64,000 nucleotides of DNA from a virus (Duplodnaviria > Caudoviricetes). The stretch lies in the IMG/VR virus record IMGVR_UViG_2887663082_000001, positions 1-64,000 of that record; one strand, 5' to 3'. This document shows positions 37,315 through 46,781 of the stretch, piece after piece. The translations under genes were made by a program, and so were the position numbers. Numbering within the stretch: position 1 is the stretch's first letter; each line of letters starts with the position of its first letter. The notes under the pieces were generated by a model. The model did no database searches and was not told where the DNA came from. It was given only the letters and a program-made list of their open reading frames with translations.

Positions 37315-40300
37315 TTAGTTTCGAGCTACCTCACTCATAGAGGCATCGTCAATGGTTAGCGGCACACTGGTTCGCGGCGCCGGTTGCGGGGTATTTGCCT
37401 TCGGTGTGTTATCCCCAGTTTTTTCTGCGGTGTCTTTGGTATGGCCAGCGATTTCATCAAGTCGTTTGAGGATCGACTCCCAGGTTTTGGTCAGGCTTTT
37501 TGGCAGCGTCATTTCGTTAGCAACGTTAACCGTTGATTTCATTTGGCTGGCGCTCATATCCTTAACTGCCAGTATTTTTGCCGGAATGGCCATGTTTGCA
37601 GGCTGTACTTTTTGCTTAGCCGGTTTGACTGATGTTGTAGCGACCGGCGGCGCGCCAGTTTGCATGGCATCTATTTCAGCTGCTGAGGCTTGATGGCGTA
37701 GCCCCTCGGCATTGGCGATCTTATCCCCGCCCCACTCATTGATTTTCTGGCTTATAAGCTCACCGCCAGGCACATCTTTGAGCCAGCTGTTATCTGTTGG
37801 AAGCTGAGCGCGGGAGTACATTGAACCTGACGCTGCAACGTGCGCCTGAGCTGCGGACTCTTTAGCTTCCTGAACTTTTTGTTGGCTCTGTGGTGATTTT
37901 CCTCGTTGTAAAGCATCCAACTCGGCTGTGGATACCTGGTGACGTTCTCCTTCGGCATTAGCAAGTTTATCGCCGCCGTTGTCATTGATTACCTTGCTTA
38001 GATATTCTCCACCTGGGATATCTTTAAATGCCTGGCTATCGGTCGGCAGTTTTGCTGATGTAAATCGCGCGTCATTACTGGCTTGAGCTGTTTGTTGTTG
38101 CTGTTGAGCCGTTGGTGTCTGTGCCTGCGAGGTTGCAGCTGGCGTCCCGGCTGTTGGCGTTTGTGTTGCTGGCAAAGCATCGTTACTTGCTCCCTTCGCA
38201 TTGGTGTAGTTTATGGCGGTTGTCGGTGCTGCTGCACCTGCCGCCTGCATGGCAGCAATTACTTTAGGTGCGTATTCGCGGGTTTCTTTCGGGGCGGCTC
38301 CCATCCCTTTTTTCTGGATGTTGCCCTCTCCCCAGTTGTATGCAGAAAGCGCCAGGCCTACATCGCCGTTATAGCGTTTTACTAATCCGCCTAATTTCTT
38401 GGCCGCCGCTGCCGCCGATTTATCCGGATCGTAAACATCGTTTCCGATCAATCCATATTCAGTAGCTGTTTTAGGCATAAACTGAAACATGCCTTTTGCT
38501 CCAGCACCAGATACGGCCCCATTATTGCCTCCTGATTCTGTTGTCGCTACACCTCTCAGTAGTCCAGGTGGAAGCCCATATTGCTGTTCCAGAGACGCAA
38601 ACTTACCCGCCATCGAGTCGAGTTGCATTCTTCCTGTTTCAGTAGGAACCGGAGTTTTGAAATCACCGACTTTTACGGGCCCATTATTCGGCTTACCCGT
38701 AATTGCTGTTGCTGCGGCAGATACACCTCCTGCCACGAGATTATTGATAGCCTCAATGGTATCTGAGGCTCCTTTTTTCACTGCCTCAATGAGGGTTTGA
38801 TTTCGTTCGTCAGCCTTCTTATCGTTCCCTGTTATGCCGATCGCGTCGGTAACTGATTTTACGGAAGAGATTGAATCCCCTACCCCTTTGTCGATCAGCT
38901 TTGCGATGTCCGCCGTATTGAAGTCCAGCGCTTTGGCTACGCCATCCATGCCAAGCGCATTTGCGCCGGAAGATAACAGACCGGCTGCGCCTGATACCAA
39001 GCCCCCCATATCGAGTACGTTCGCCGTGGTATATTCTGCCTTTTGGCGAGCTGACACTTTGTCTGTGGATTTTAGACCGAACGCCTGCTGCTGCCCTTCG
39101 GTATCCATGTACCCAGTAACCGCATCGATGCCAGCACCGGCTATCTGACCAATTACCGGAATTGAACGAAGGGCTGTTTTACCTAGTGTTTTAGCTGTGA
39201 GTTTTGCGCCGCCTTCCAGAGCAATTTTTTCGCCTCCCTCCTCAGCTACTTTTAAAGCACCTTTCTCTACAGCCGTTGTTGCTTCTTTCTTCGCAACGGT
39301 TGAGGCTTCTTTACCTGCTACTTTCTCTGTTTTTGCTGCTGCCGTTGGTTTGTTAGCAGGTTTGGCCTTTGGCGTTTCTTCCGTAGGCTTAGCGGCTGGC
39401 TTTTCCTCAGGAGCTACTCTCTTTTCTTGTTCGCTCGGTTTGTTCTCTTTAGCAGCATCGCTTTCTTCTCCATCGAGGAGATCAGATGCCTGATACGCGC
39501 CATATCCAGCAGCAGCGACGCCAGCAGTGATCTTCGCCCCTTTCGATTTAAAAAGGCGTTTGAGAAAGTTTCCCTTAGTGGGTTTTTTCGGCCCTTTTGG
39601 TTTCTTGGGTTTTTTCTTCTTATTTTTCCCCTTGCCGCTGTCTGGCAGGCTATCATCACCCATACCATCTAGAGCATCTTTCGCCCTCGATCCACCAGCT
39701 GTTGCAATCGCTTTAAGGAGAATAGCCTTCCCGAGTTTAAATGCCGTCGTCATGAGGGCACTGGCGATCGTTAATGGCAGTAGAAGAACCTTCCCTAAAA
39801 GTTTCCCTACAGCTTGAATAGGTTTTCTGAGGGCTTTGCCGAACATTGAGCCAATAGAACCCCAGAAGCCTTTACCGCCCCCTCCCCCACCTTGCTTATT
39901 AAGCAACTCATCGAGGCGATCGGTAATCTCCTTATTCCCCTCTTTAATCTGCTCGGTCTGGTGCTCAGTTGCATTGACCTGCTGTTTTTGGACCTGGCGC
40001 TCAATGACGTTCTTACTACCGTCTTTAGGTTTACGGGAAAAGGCGCGGCGAAGCATACCTGGTTTTTTGGTGCCGTCTTCGCCCTCCTCTCCTCCGAGAA
40101 AGTCCTTCATTTTATTTTTGGCATCGAGCGCGCCACTACCCATGCCTTTTGACATTGAGTAGACCTCATGGCCAGCCTTCCAGAACGAGCCACCAGCAGC
40201 GGTACCAGCTGCATTAGTAGAATCCGCTTCCATAGGATCGCCCAGCTCGGACATCATCTTCCCAACGCGGGTTAAAAGAGCGTTCTCCTTGCGAGAGTTT

Positions 40301-40875
40301 TCCTCCTGCTCTTTATCGTGGCGGCTCCGGTTGCGAGACTCTTTATCGTCATTAACCTTATCTTTTGATGTGAATCGTCCATTCTTATCGCGTGTTGCCT
40401 CCGGGCGGTTCGGTGTACGCAAAATTTTCAACGCATTTTCACTATCTTGTTTTAAATCTGTTTTATGGTTGTCCTTTGGTTGGTGTTGAATTACTTTGGT
40501 GAAATTCTGCGAATCATCAGGTTTCTGATTGTCGCTTGATTCGCTTATGGTTGTTTTATCGTTGATGTTATCGGGTTTAGTGCCCTCCGTTGATGTTGAT
40601 TGCTCTTTGGTTGCTATATGTTTGTTGTTTGATTGTTTAGCGGCGTTTTTCCGGCGTTTCTTGTCCTGTTGGGCTTTTCTCTGCTTATTCAGAGCTACGC
40701 TGCGGGAAGTGTTGTCGTCTGACGGCTGCACATTGATTGCTGAACCGGCAGACGGTAACCCTTCAGTGAGGCCTTTTTCGATTCGTGACAGTACTGCGAG
40801 CTCTTTATTGCTTGCTACGTCGACGGAATCAATCACCTCTTTAAAGCCGGGCTTCTCTGGCTTATCACCGTTCAT
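37315..40875 (-). CDS. sit: Sit: tape measure / structural lytic transglycosylase
   Basis: 1186 aa; SLT motifs TESGG..AVSGAGAKGMFQFMP and AYNWGEG; synteny. Confidence 0.85.
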   Translation of the reverse strand: MNGDKPEKPGFKEVIDSVDVASNKELAVLSRIEKGLTEGLPSAGSAINVQPSDDNTSRSVALNKQRKAQQDKKRRKNAAKQSNNKHIATKEQSTSTEGTKPDNINDKTTISESSDNQKPDDSQNFTKVIQHQPKDNHKTDLKQDSENALKILRTPNRPEATRDKNGRFTSKDKVNDDKESRNRSRHDKEQEENSRKENALLTRVGKMMSELGDPMEADSTNAAGTAAGGSFWKAGHEVYSMSKGMGSGALDAKNKMKDFLGGEEGEDGTKKPGMLRRAFSRKPKDGSKNVIERQVQKQQVNATEHQTEQIKEGNKEITDRLDELLNKQGGGGGGKGFWGSIGSMFGKALRKPIQAVGKLLGKVLLLPLTIASALMTTAFKLGKAILLKAIATAGGSRAKDALDGMGDDSLPDSGKGKNKKKKPKKPKGPKKPTKGNFLKRLFKSKGAKITAGVAAAGYGAYQASDLLDGEESDAAKENKPSEQEKRVAPEEKPAAKPTEETPKAKPANKPTAAAKTEKVAGKEASTVAKKEATTAVEKGALKVAEEGGEKIALEGGAKLTAKTLGKTALRSIPVIGQIAGAGIDAVTGYMDTEGQQQAFGLKSTDKVSARQKAEYTTANVLDMGGLVSGAAGLLSSGANALGMDGVAKALDFNTADIAKLIDKGVGDSISSVKSVTDAIGITGNDKKADERNQTLIEAVKKGASDTIEAINNLVAGGVSAAATAITGKPNNGPVKVGDFKTPVPTETGRMQLDSMAGKFASLEQQYGLPPGLLRGVATTESGGNNGAVSGAGAKGMFQFMPKTATEYGLIGNDVYDPDKSAAAAAKKLGGLVKRYNGDVGLALSAYNWGEGNIQKKGMGAAPKETREYAPKVIAAMQAAGAAAPTTAINYTNAKGASNDALPATQTPTAGTPAATSQAQTPTAQQQQQTAQASNDARFTSAKLPTDSQAFKDIPGGEYLSKVINDNGGDKLANAEGERHQVSTAELDALQRGKSPQSQQKVQEAKESAAQAHVAASGSMYSRAQLPTDNSWLKDVPGGELISQKINEWGGDKIANAEGLRHQASAAEIDAMQTGAPPVATTSVKPAKQKVQPANMAIPAKILAVKDMSASQMKSTVNVANEMTLPKSLTKTWESILKRLDEIAGHTKDTAEKTGDNTPKANTPQPAPRTSVPLTIDDASMSEVARN

Positions 40876-40960
40876 GGTGTCTCCTGGTGGTGTTTTTCGT
40901 ACCAGAATCTTAAGGAATGTTCTCTTTCCCGTGTTAGATGAAAAAAACGCCTTGTTAAAT

Positions 40961-41125
40961 TATTATTTTCACAAAATCGTAAAATCATAAATTGTTTAAA
41001 TGATAATTTATGATGTTGTTATTGCCATTGAACGCCGCTATCATTGGTGAAAACGGGTTGATTTACATTGTTAATTCGATGGTTTGTGAGATTGCGAATT
41101 TGCGATTTTCACAAAATCGTAAAAG
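40961..41125. repeat. Centromere-like repeats upstream of parA
   Basis: ATTTTCACAAAATCGTAAAA occurs twice, plus ATCATAAATT-type short units. Confidence 0.65.
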
Positions 41126-41134
41126 AGGGGCGTT

Positions 41135-41761
41135 ATGATTATCCTTATAGGCTCACAGAAAGGTGGCGTTGGTAAATCCACGCTGGCAGTTAATATTGCA
41201 GGCTATCTCATCTCTCTGGGTAAGCGGGCAATCGTCATTGATGCTGACGACCAGCAGTCTGTGATGACGTGGTACAACAGTCGCGATGAATCACATGTAT
41301 TCATTCCTGTTATATCCGCTGCCGGGAACGTCAAACAGACTTTGATTGAGCAAAACAAAAATTATGATTACGTAATTTGTGACAGCGCCGGACGTGATAG
41401 CAAAGAGTTGCGTACAGGCCTCACTGCGGCAGATATCTTCATTACCCCCATGCGCCCCTCTCAGATGGATCTTGATACCATCGCCCATCTGGCCGAAGTT
41501 TTTACTGAAGCCAAAGATTGGAATGAAAATGTTCGTGGCTACGTGATGTTAAACATGTGCCCAACGAATATGTTTATCAATGAAGCAAACGAAACAGCAA
41601 ACGCACTTGCTGATTACCCAGAATTTAAGCTCATGGAGAGCCGCGTGTGTGACCGAAAGGTTTACCGTGATGCATGGGGTGACTCGATAACAATTCATGA
41701 AGCATCAAACGATAAAGCCAAAGGCGAAATCGAGGCTGTTGTGAAGGAGATACTACTGTGA
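41135..41761 (+). CDS. parA: Type Ib ParA ATPase
   Basis: KGGVGKST deviant Walker A; 208 aa; no N-terminal HTH. Confidence 0.92.
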   Translation: MIILIGSQKGGVGKSTLAVNIAGYLISLGKRAIVIDADDQQSVMTWYNSRDESHVFIPVISAAGNVKQTLIEQNKNYDYVICDSAGRDSKELRTGLTAADIFITPMRPSQMDLDTIAHLAEVFTEAKDWNENVRGYVMLNMCPTNMFINEANETANALADYPEFKLMESRVCDRKVYRDAWGDSITIHEASNDKAKGEIEAVVKEILL

Positions 41762-42105
41762 GCATTAAACCACGAGTTGTACGTCCGAGAACTGAGGAAG
41801 AGTTCATTAATGGTGCTAACCCTGATTCACCAGCAGCATCTAAACCAGCAGAGGTTTCATCATCAGGGACCGAAGAAAATAAGGCTCCATTAGAGGCTAA
41901 AAGTAAACCTCAAGGTAGTCGCGCGCTTTCCATCAGTGTTACCGACCACCATTTATCATTGCTGGATAGATCCATAGCCGAAGGCCTGATGAATGGGATT
42001 TCTGGGGTTAAACGCTCTGATATCGCAAAGGCGGCTTTCCTCGTCTGGGAACGTATGAGCCAAGCCGAGCGAGTGAAGGTCCTTTCAGAACTGTTAGCAA
42101 AATAG
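41758..42105 (+). CDS. Small centromere-binding partner (RHH-like)
   Basis: Overlaps the parA stop; EEFINGA N-terminus, disordered linker, beta-alpha-alpha C-terminus with KRSDI. Confidence 0.7.
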   Translation: MSIKPRVVRPRTEEEFINGANPDSPAASKPAEVSSSGTEENKAPLEAKSKPQGSRALSISVTDHHLSLLDRSIAEGLMNGISGVKRSDIAKAAFLVWERMSQAERVKVLSELLAK

Positions 42106-42113
42106 TTAACTAT

Positions 42114-42440
42114 TAAATTGTGATTTTCACAAATTGTGATAATCACAATCACCCGCCTTCAGAAGCCGCTCTTTAGCGGCTTTTTTATACTCGTAAACTC
42201 ATAAATTGTGAAAATCGCAAATTAAGAAAGTATGAAAATCATGTTTTCGCATTTGGCGATATTGTCACTTTAACACAAGTGTAGAGGTGTTGAGGTGTAC
42301 CTTACGTGGTTCCTACTGAGGGGCATAGGATTGCTGGGTGGCGGCACTTAAATGGAGGTACAATACTAAAATCACAAATTGGCAAAATGATATTTTCATA
42401 AATTATGATTTTACCATTTTGCCATTTTCACATGATTACA
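42114..42440. repeat. Centromere-like repeats downstream of the par operon
   Basis: Many TCACAAA, TCATAAA and TCGCAAA units in both orientations. Confidence 0.65.
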
Positions 42441-42442
42441 AA

Positions 42443-42589
42443 CTATCTCCGGTTCGGGTTGTTCTTCTGATACACCGCATCGACAAATCTTAGCGCATCA
42501 TCAACCGACATTTGCAGTATGTCTCGGCGCGGTTGCGGGCCATATAACGCCAGGTTGGAGACTAACGTCTGCAAGGAGTCCAGTGCCAA
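42443..42589 (-). CDS. 48-aa ORF overlapping the pmgB 3' end (possible tail-chaperone extension)
   Basis: LALDSLQTLVSNLALYGPQPRRDILQMSVDDALRFVDAVYQKNNPNRR; below the ORF-track cutoff. Confidence 0.5.
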   Translation of the reverse strand: MALDSLQTLVSNLALYGPQPRRDILQMSVDDALRFVDAVYQKNNPNRR

Positions 42590-43397
42590 TGTTTGGAATG
42601 AACAGTGAATTCCGAAATCGGGTCAGCAGGCGCGTAGTAGGGCGCTCTGCTGCCTCCTTATATTTATCCGAGTAGCATTCATGAGGTGGTAGCACCAAAT
42701 CCGATTCGCCCTTATCGAAGCGAATATTGAGGCCGTGCTGGAGCTCGTACTGCATGCTCTTAACCTCTTTGGCCAGCGCCAGCAATTCGGTGCCGACGGC
42801 CATTTTACCGATGAGCTCAAAACGGTTTTGGGCAGACTTGTCGTAATCAGGCTCCAGGTCATAAACCAGTTTTGCCTGATATACCAGCTCCCATTTACGC
42901 AACAGCGTGAGCGCCTCTTTGTAATCATCTTGCTTGCTGGTGGGGGGAAGGGCGGCGCGCATGATTTCGAGGCGTTCCATCGCGTAACCGTCAAGTGGAG
43001 ACAGTGACCAGTCATAAGGCTGGCCATCCACTGGAATAGTGGCTTCAACAAACGGTTGTGTCGTCAGTACGTTCAGCTCACGTGACAGGTGGTACACGTC
43101 ACAATTGTACCAGTGCTCTTCACCGCAATGCTGGCATGTGTAGCTGAAGTCGATAATGGTATCGGCGCGTGAGTTTATGAAAATCCACCACAGCGCCGTT
43201 CTGCGATCGCTGGCGGTCCAGCTGCGCGAATCGGAAAGCTTATCCTTCTCCTGAAGCTGGTTCAGATACTCAGTTGTGTCGCGTTCTTCAGTTGCCTCTG
43301 TCGATTTGCAGAAATAAATTGCATCATCGACCGTCGGCATCCGGAACAAAATGCGCTGTTTGGGTCGGGAGGGCAGGGGGAATACAGGGATTAACAA
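42501..43397 (-). CDS. pmgB: PmgB-like tail/baseplate assembly protein
   Basis: IPVFPLPSRP, DRRTALWWIF and CQHCG motifs; synteny. Confidence 0.65.
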   Translation of the reverse strand: MLIPVFPLPSRPKQRILFRMPTVDDAIYFCKSTEATEERDTTEYLNQLQEKDKLSDSRSWTASDRRTALWWIFINSRADTIIDFSYTCQHCGEEHWYNCDVYHLSRELNVLTTQPFVEATIPVDGQPYDWSLSPLDGYAMERLEIMRAALPPTSKQDDYKEALTLLRKWELVYQAKLVYDLEPDYDKSAQNRFELIGKMAVGTELLALAKEVKSMQYELQHGLNIRFDKGESDLVLPPHECYSDKYKEAAERPTTRLLTRFRNSLFIPNIGTGLLADVSLQPGVIWPATAPRHTANVG

Positions 43398-43406
43398 AAC
43401 TTACTC

Positions 43407-44012
43407 CTACACAGCTGGAAGGAACGTAGCGGCAAAGTCGCCGAAGGTTTTCCGTTGAACAAATGAGAGAGGAAACGAAATAAATTCACTTATCTGATCC
43501 TTTGAAAAGGTCATTTCGCCGCATTGGGTCGGAATTACGCTCAATGTTTCCATGAGCGTTGGAACGCCGGTTGCCTGCAGCCGATAAATGCGAATATTCA
43601 TCAGGTATTCATTCTGAAGGTTAATCGTCCCGTCGTCGTTTATAACTCTGCCAAGGCAGACCTTAAATGCGTTATAGATAAGACCGGCATTGGTATCTCT
43701 GACGACCATCGATATGGGTTGCGCGGTTCGGGAAACAGGCTGGTTGTACTCATTCGCACCGATCCGTTTGGGCTCGGTTTCTATGGTGTAAGTTCCCCAG
43801 GTTATATCCTTCATAAAGAAATCGATACCCATGCCACCAATACCCTCCACCTCCACGGCAAACATCCAGCCCTGTGCAAAGAGTATTTTGTTAAGGGCCA
43901 TTGCCGTTAGTTTGTTTATCTGTTGCTCGCCGAGACCAGCCGCAAACATAAAGGACGGCAGTGCGCCAACCAGACCTTTAGCCGCGCTCGTGAGTAAATC
44001 AGTAACGGCCAT
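43407..44012 (-). CDS. tub: Tub (tube-like tail protein)
   Basis: FAQGWMFAVEVEG and FFMKDITW; 201 aa; synteny. Confidence 0.7.
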   Translation of the reverse strand: MAVTDLLTSAAKGLVGALPSFMFAAGLGEQQINKLTAMALNKILFAQGWMFAVEVEGIGGMGIDFFMKDITWGTYTIETEPKRIGANEYNQPVSRTAQPISMVVRDTNAGLIYNAFKVCLGRVINDDGTINLQNEYLMNIRIYRLQATGVPTLMETLSVIPTQCGEMTFSKDQISEFISFPLSFVQRKTFGDFAATFLPAV

Positions 44013-44015
44013 CGG

Positions 44016-44579
44016 TTACCCCCAGCTTGAGAAAACAGACATCGCTTGCGGTATCGCGCCCCGCGTAGACATCTCTGCTTCAAGGTCGGTTCTACGCTGA
44101 ACTAAAGCGGCTTCATCTGGGATGTTGGATGCGTCAAGCTTACCGGCGATGGACACGCGGCGATCCAGTTCAGAGTTAGGGATAGCGATCAGGATTTCGA
44201 GGTAGTCTTTGATTATGCCAACGGCAACCGGCGGAACGGTCCCTTTGTCGAGGTCCAATTGGGAGAGATGTACGAGATAGTCCATGCGCAGCGGGTACGA
44301 TACTCGCTGGTCAGAACTGATCTCGATGTTGCCACCAAAGATATCGCAGGACACGTAATTGCCAGTGGCATCGGTAACGGCCACCAGCTCAAGGTAATCA
44401 TCAGGGCAGGGGATAGATGAACCTTCTTTAACACGGATGCTTTGAATGCAACCGGCGCGGTCCTGATATTCGGTTAATGCCTTCCTGAGGAGGGCATCAA
44501 GCATGTCTTTCTGGTTCTCAACCAGCAGGGTGAGGAAGCGTTTTTTCACTTCCTCCAGTAGTTCGCGAGGTGTGGCCAT
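44016..44579 (-). CDS. pmgC: PmgC-like head-tail protein
   Basis: TPRELLEEVKKRF...LLRKALTEYQDRAG; late promoter at 44603-44621. Confidence 0.7.
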   Translation of the reverse strand: MATPRELLEEVKKRFLTLLVENQKDMLDALLRKALTEYQDRAGCIQSIRVKEGSSIPCPDDYLELVAVTDATGNYVSCDIFGGNIEISSDQRVSYPLRMDYLVHLSQLDLDKGTVPPVAVGIIKDYLEILIAIPNSELDRRVSIAGKLDASNIPDEAALVQRRTDLEAEMSTRGAIPQAMSVFSSWG

Positions 44580-44637
44580 AGTGCCTCCTGTTTAAAGGCA
44601 CCATGGTATGCAAAGTTACATTTGGGGAGGGATGTAA

Positions 44638-45345
44638 TCAGTTCGTGTTGGCTTGGTTTTGTTTCGATTTATCCAATGCTTGTTTTATCCAATCTGAATC
44701 TTTCGATAACAGAAATCTGGGGTAGTCGTCGAAAATGCCATCCTCATAGGCCTTTTCGAAAAAGACCTTAAAGTCATTAATATTTTTAATTTCAGGGGAA
44801 TGTCTATAAACCTCATTTAATCTTTCAAAGAACTCACTAAACGAGGCACGACGTGTTTCACTTATGCTAATATTTTGAGCCAGTTGTTTTAGTTTTTTTG
44901 ATTCTTTTGCTATCTCTTCTTGTATTCTTTTTATCTCATTATTTTTTTCAAGTGTTTCCAATTCAATTTTTTTGATTTCCGCTTCGATCTGTGCTGCCCT
45001 TTTTTTATCTGCTGCATGTTGTGCTGCTGACATGCGGCTCCTTGCTATTGCTAGTTTTTCCACATAATAAGCCAGAACCCACGGTACGACAAAAGCAGCA
45101 ATGGTGCCATATAACATCGGAAGCCAGAACGCGTACAGCTTAAAGTGTGGTTGTGATACAAGAGAATGTAATACCAGCTCTATAGGTTTTTTGGATTTTA
45201 TGACAATGATTATCTGCTGCCAGTTATGAATAATAAAAGATACAATTAGGTATCCAAAGAACCCATCTTTCATTTTTTCAGAAATTAGATTGGAAAGCCT
45301 GCTTGCCCATGTAATTTCTTCATTTTTATCTTGTTCTGCGCTCAC
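44638..45345 (-). CDS. AT-rich hypothetical membrane protein with coiled coil
   Basis: Two TM segments (FFGYLIVSFIIHNW; FWLPMLYGTIAAFVVPW) followed by heptads. Confidence 0.7.
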   Translation of the reverse strand: MSAEQDKNEEITWASRLSNLISEKMKDGFFGYLIVSFIIHNWQQIIIVIKSKKPIELVLHSLVSQPHFKLYAFWLPMLYGTIAAFVVPWVLAYYVEKLAIARSRMSAAQHAADKKRAAQIEAEIKKIELETLEKNNEIKRIQEEIAKESKKLKQLAQNISISETRRASFSEFFERLNEVYRHSPEIKNINDFKVFFEKAYEDGIFDDYPRFLLSKDSDWIKQALDKSKQNQANTN

Positions 45346-45400
45346 GTAAAATCCCTTAATATGTTAAGAGTCTCAATATCGAGACTCTTCTAATACGACA

Positions 45401-45817
45401 TCAATCCACAAATGAACTAACCGGCAGATCAAAGCGTTTAGCCAAAGCGCGCATATGATCCAGAGTCAGAGAGCGTTGACCGTTCAGAATGCGGCTAACG
45501 AGTGCTTTTTTGCCAATCTCATTCTCGAAATCACTTTGATTGAGCTGGTATTGGTCCATCAGTGTACGCAGTAGCGCTATGCCTGTAGGAATAGCGTCTA
45601 CTTCTTCGTTGAACTCAGCGAATTCCGGTGCCTCATCTTCATATTTAGTTATTTTTGCGCACAGCATATCGACCAGGGGGCTATCTGGTTCGCGCTCGAT
45701 GAGATATTCCACCAGCTTGAGCGCCTCTTCATAATCTTGGCGTGAGGAACTGCCCCCCAGAATGGGGAGCATTGTTGCCAGGCTGTTTGCTGCGTTAATC
45801 GCGTCTTGGTACATCAT
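45401..45817 (-). CDS. higA: HigA antitoxin
   Basis: DYEEALKLVEYL and an HTH (LNQSDFENEIGKKALVSRILNGQRSLT). Confidence 0.92.
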   Translation of the reverse strand: MMYQDAINAANSLATMLPILGGSSSRQDYEEALKLVEYLIEREPDSPLVDMLCAKITKYEDEAPEFAEFNEEVDAIPTGIALLRTLMDQYQLNQSDFENEIGKKALVSRILNGQRSLTLDHMRALAKRFDLPVSSFVD

Positions 45818-46125
45818 TCTTTGTTTCTCCGGTAAAAATCGGTCAGCTTGTCGTACTCAGCGTGGGTGGATATGTGCTTGATGAAGATTTTTTTTGTTAC
45901 GAAATCAGCAAAAAGCATCACTCTAAGATTTCCACCGCCAACATCTACAACCCACCATTTCTCCCTGTACTTCATTCTGTCGAGGCTTGGAAGCCTCTTC
46001 TTCATATCTTCCGGGGAGTTGAAGTTTTCACGCTTCAGTACCCGGTATAAATCTTTAAGCGCCGCCGCTTGGTTAGGAAACTGCATTGAGGCAGTATCGA
46101 ACGGCGCTCTTGATATAACGTGCAT
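45814..46125 (-). CDS. higB: HigB toxin
   Basis: MHVISRAPF...VVDVGGGNLR...HISTHAEYDK. Confidence 0.92.
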   Translation of the reverse strand: MHVISRAPFDTASMQFPNQAAALKDLYRVLKRENFNSPEDMKKRLPSLDRMKYREKWWVVDVGGGNLRVMLFADFVTKKIFIKHISTHAEYDKLTDFYRRNKE

Positions 46126-46140
46126 CCTGTATCCCTTGGA

Positions 46141-46196
46141 GTTTCCTTGTTGGAAACATTATAGGGCAGACGTGAAGAGTTTACAATATGGAAACT
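46141..46196. promoter_or_regulatory. Probable HigA operators
   Basis: GTTTCC-N5-GGAAAC (46141) and GTTTAC-N5-GGAAAC (46180). Confidence 0.65.
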
Positions 46197-46214
46197 GTCG
46201 AATTTGGCAGGAAT

Positions 46215-46238
46215 AAAAAAACCCGCCGAAGCGGGTTT
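46215..46238 (-). terminator. Terminator after bplB
   Basis: aaaaaacccgc-cgaa-gcgggttt. Confidence 0.8.
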
Positions 46239-46271
46239 ATCTGTACATCGTCGATAGCGTTATCGAGGTTA

Positions 46272-46766
46272 TTACTCAATAAAGTTATAGACGATACGCA
46301 GGTTAGGGCGCACCAGGGCGGTCACATCTTCAGTAGAGAGGTCTGTGCCGTCCATGTAGATCTTACAGTCGTACAGATTGGTTTTGAGCGAGTCCGGGGA
46401 TTTGCCCCCAAAGGATTCCGGAGTTGCCTCGATGCGAACATCGAAATAGCTCTTGTTGTTCACCGCATCTTTGATGAACTTCAGCATTGGGCCCTGAATG
46501 GTTTCGACAACCTGCGCAGGCATCTCACCAGAGTTACGAACTGGACCGTGTTGGTTGAACTTCATGCCGTTAGGTCCGAAGTCCTCCACATCTTCACGGG
46601 TACGCTCAGGGAACTGAGCAGTACGGAACAATACAGAAAGATGCTCCTGGCCGATAACGGTGAGTTTAAACTCAGCGCCATTGAGTTTTTCACCCATTGA
46701 GCGGTTGGCAACATATTGCTCCTTCAGGAATGCAACGTTGCCAACGGCATTAGAATGTCCGGGCAT
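46272..46766 (-). CDS. bplB: BplB tail tube protein
   Basis: TREDVEDFGPNGMKFNQHGPVRNSGE matches recalled P1 BplB. Confidence 0.85.
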   Translation of the reverse strand: MPGHSNAVGNVAFLKEQYVANRSMGEKLNGAEFKLTVIGQEHLSVLFRTAQFPERTREDVEDFGPNGMKFNQHGPVRNSGEMPAQVVETIQGPMLKFIKDAVNNKSYFDVRIEATPESFGGKSPDSLKTNLYDCKIYMDGTDLSTEDVTALVRPNLRIVYNFIE

Positions 46767-46781
46767 AAGGTATTTTCCTCA

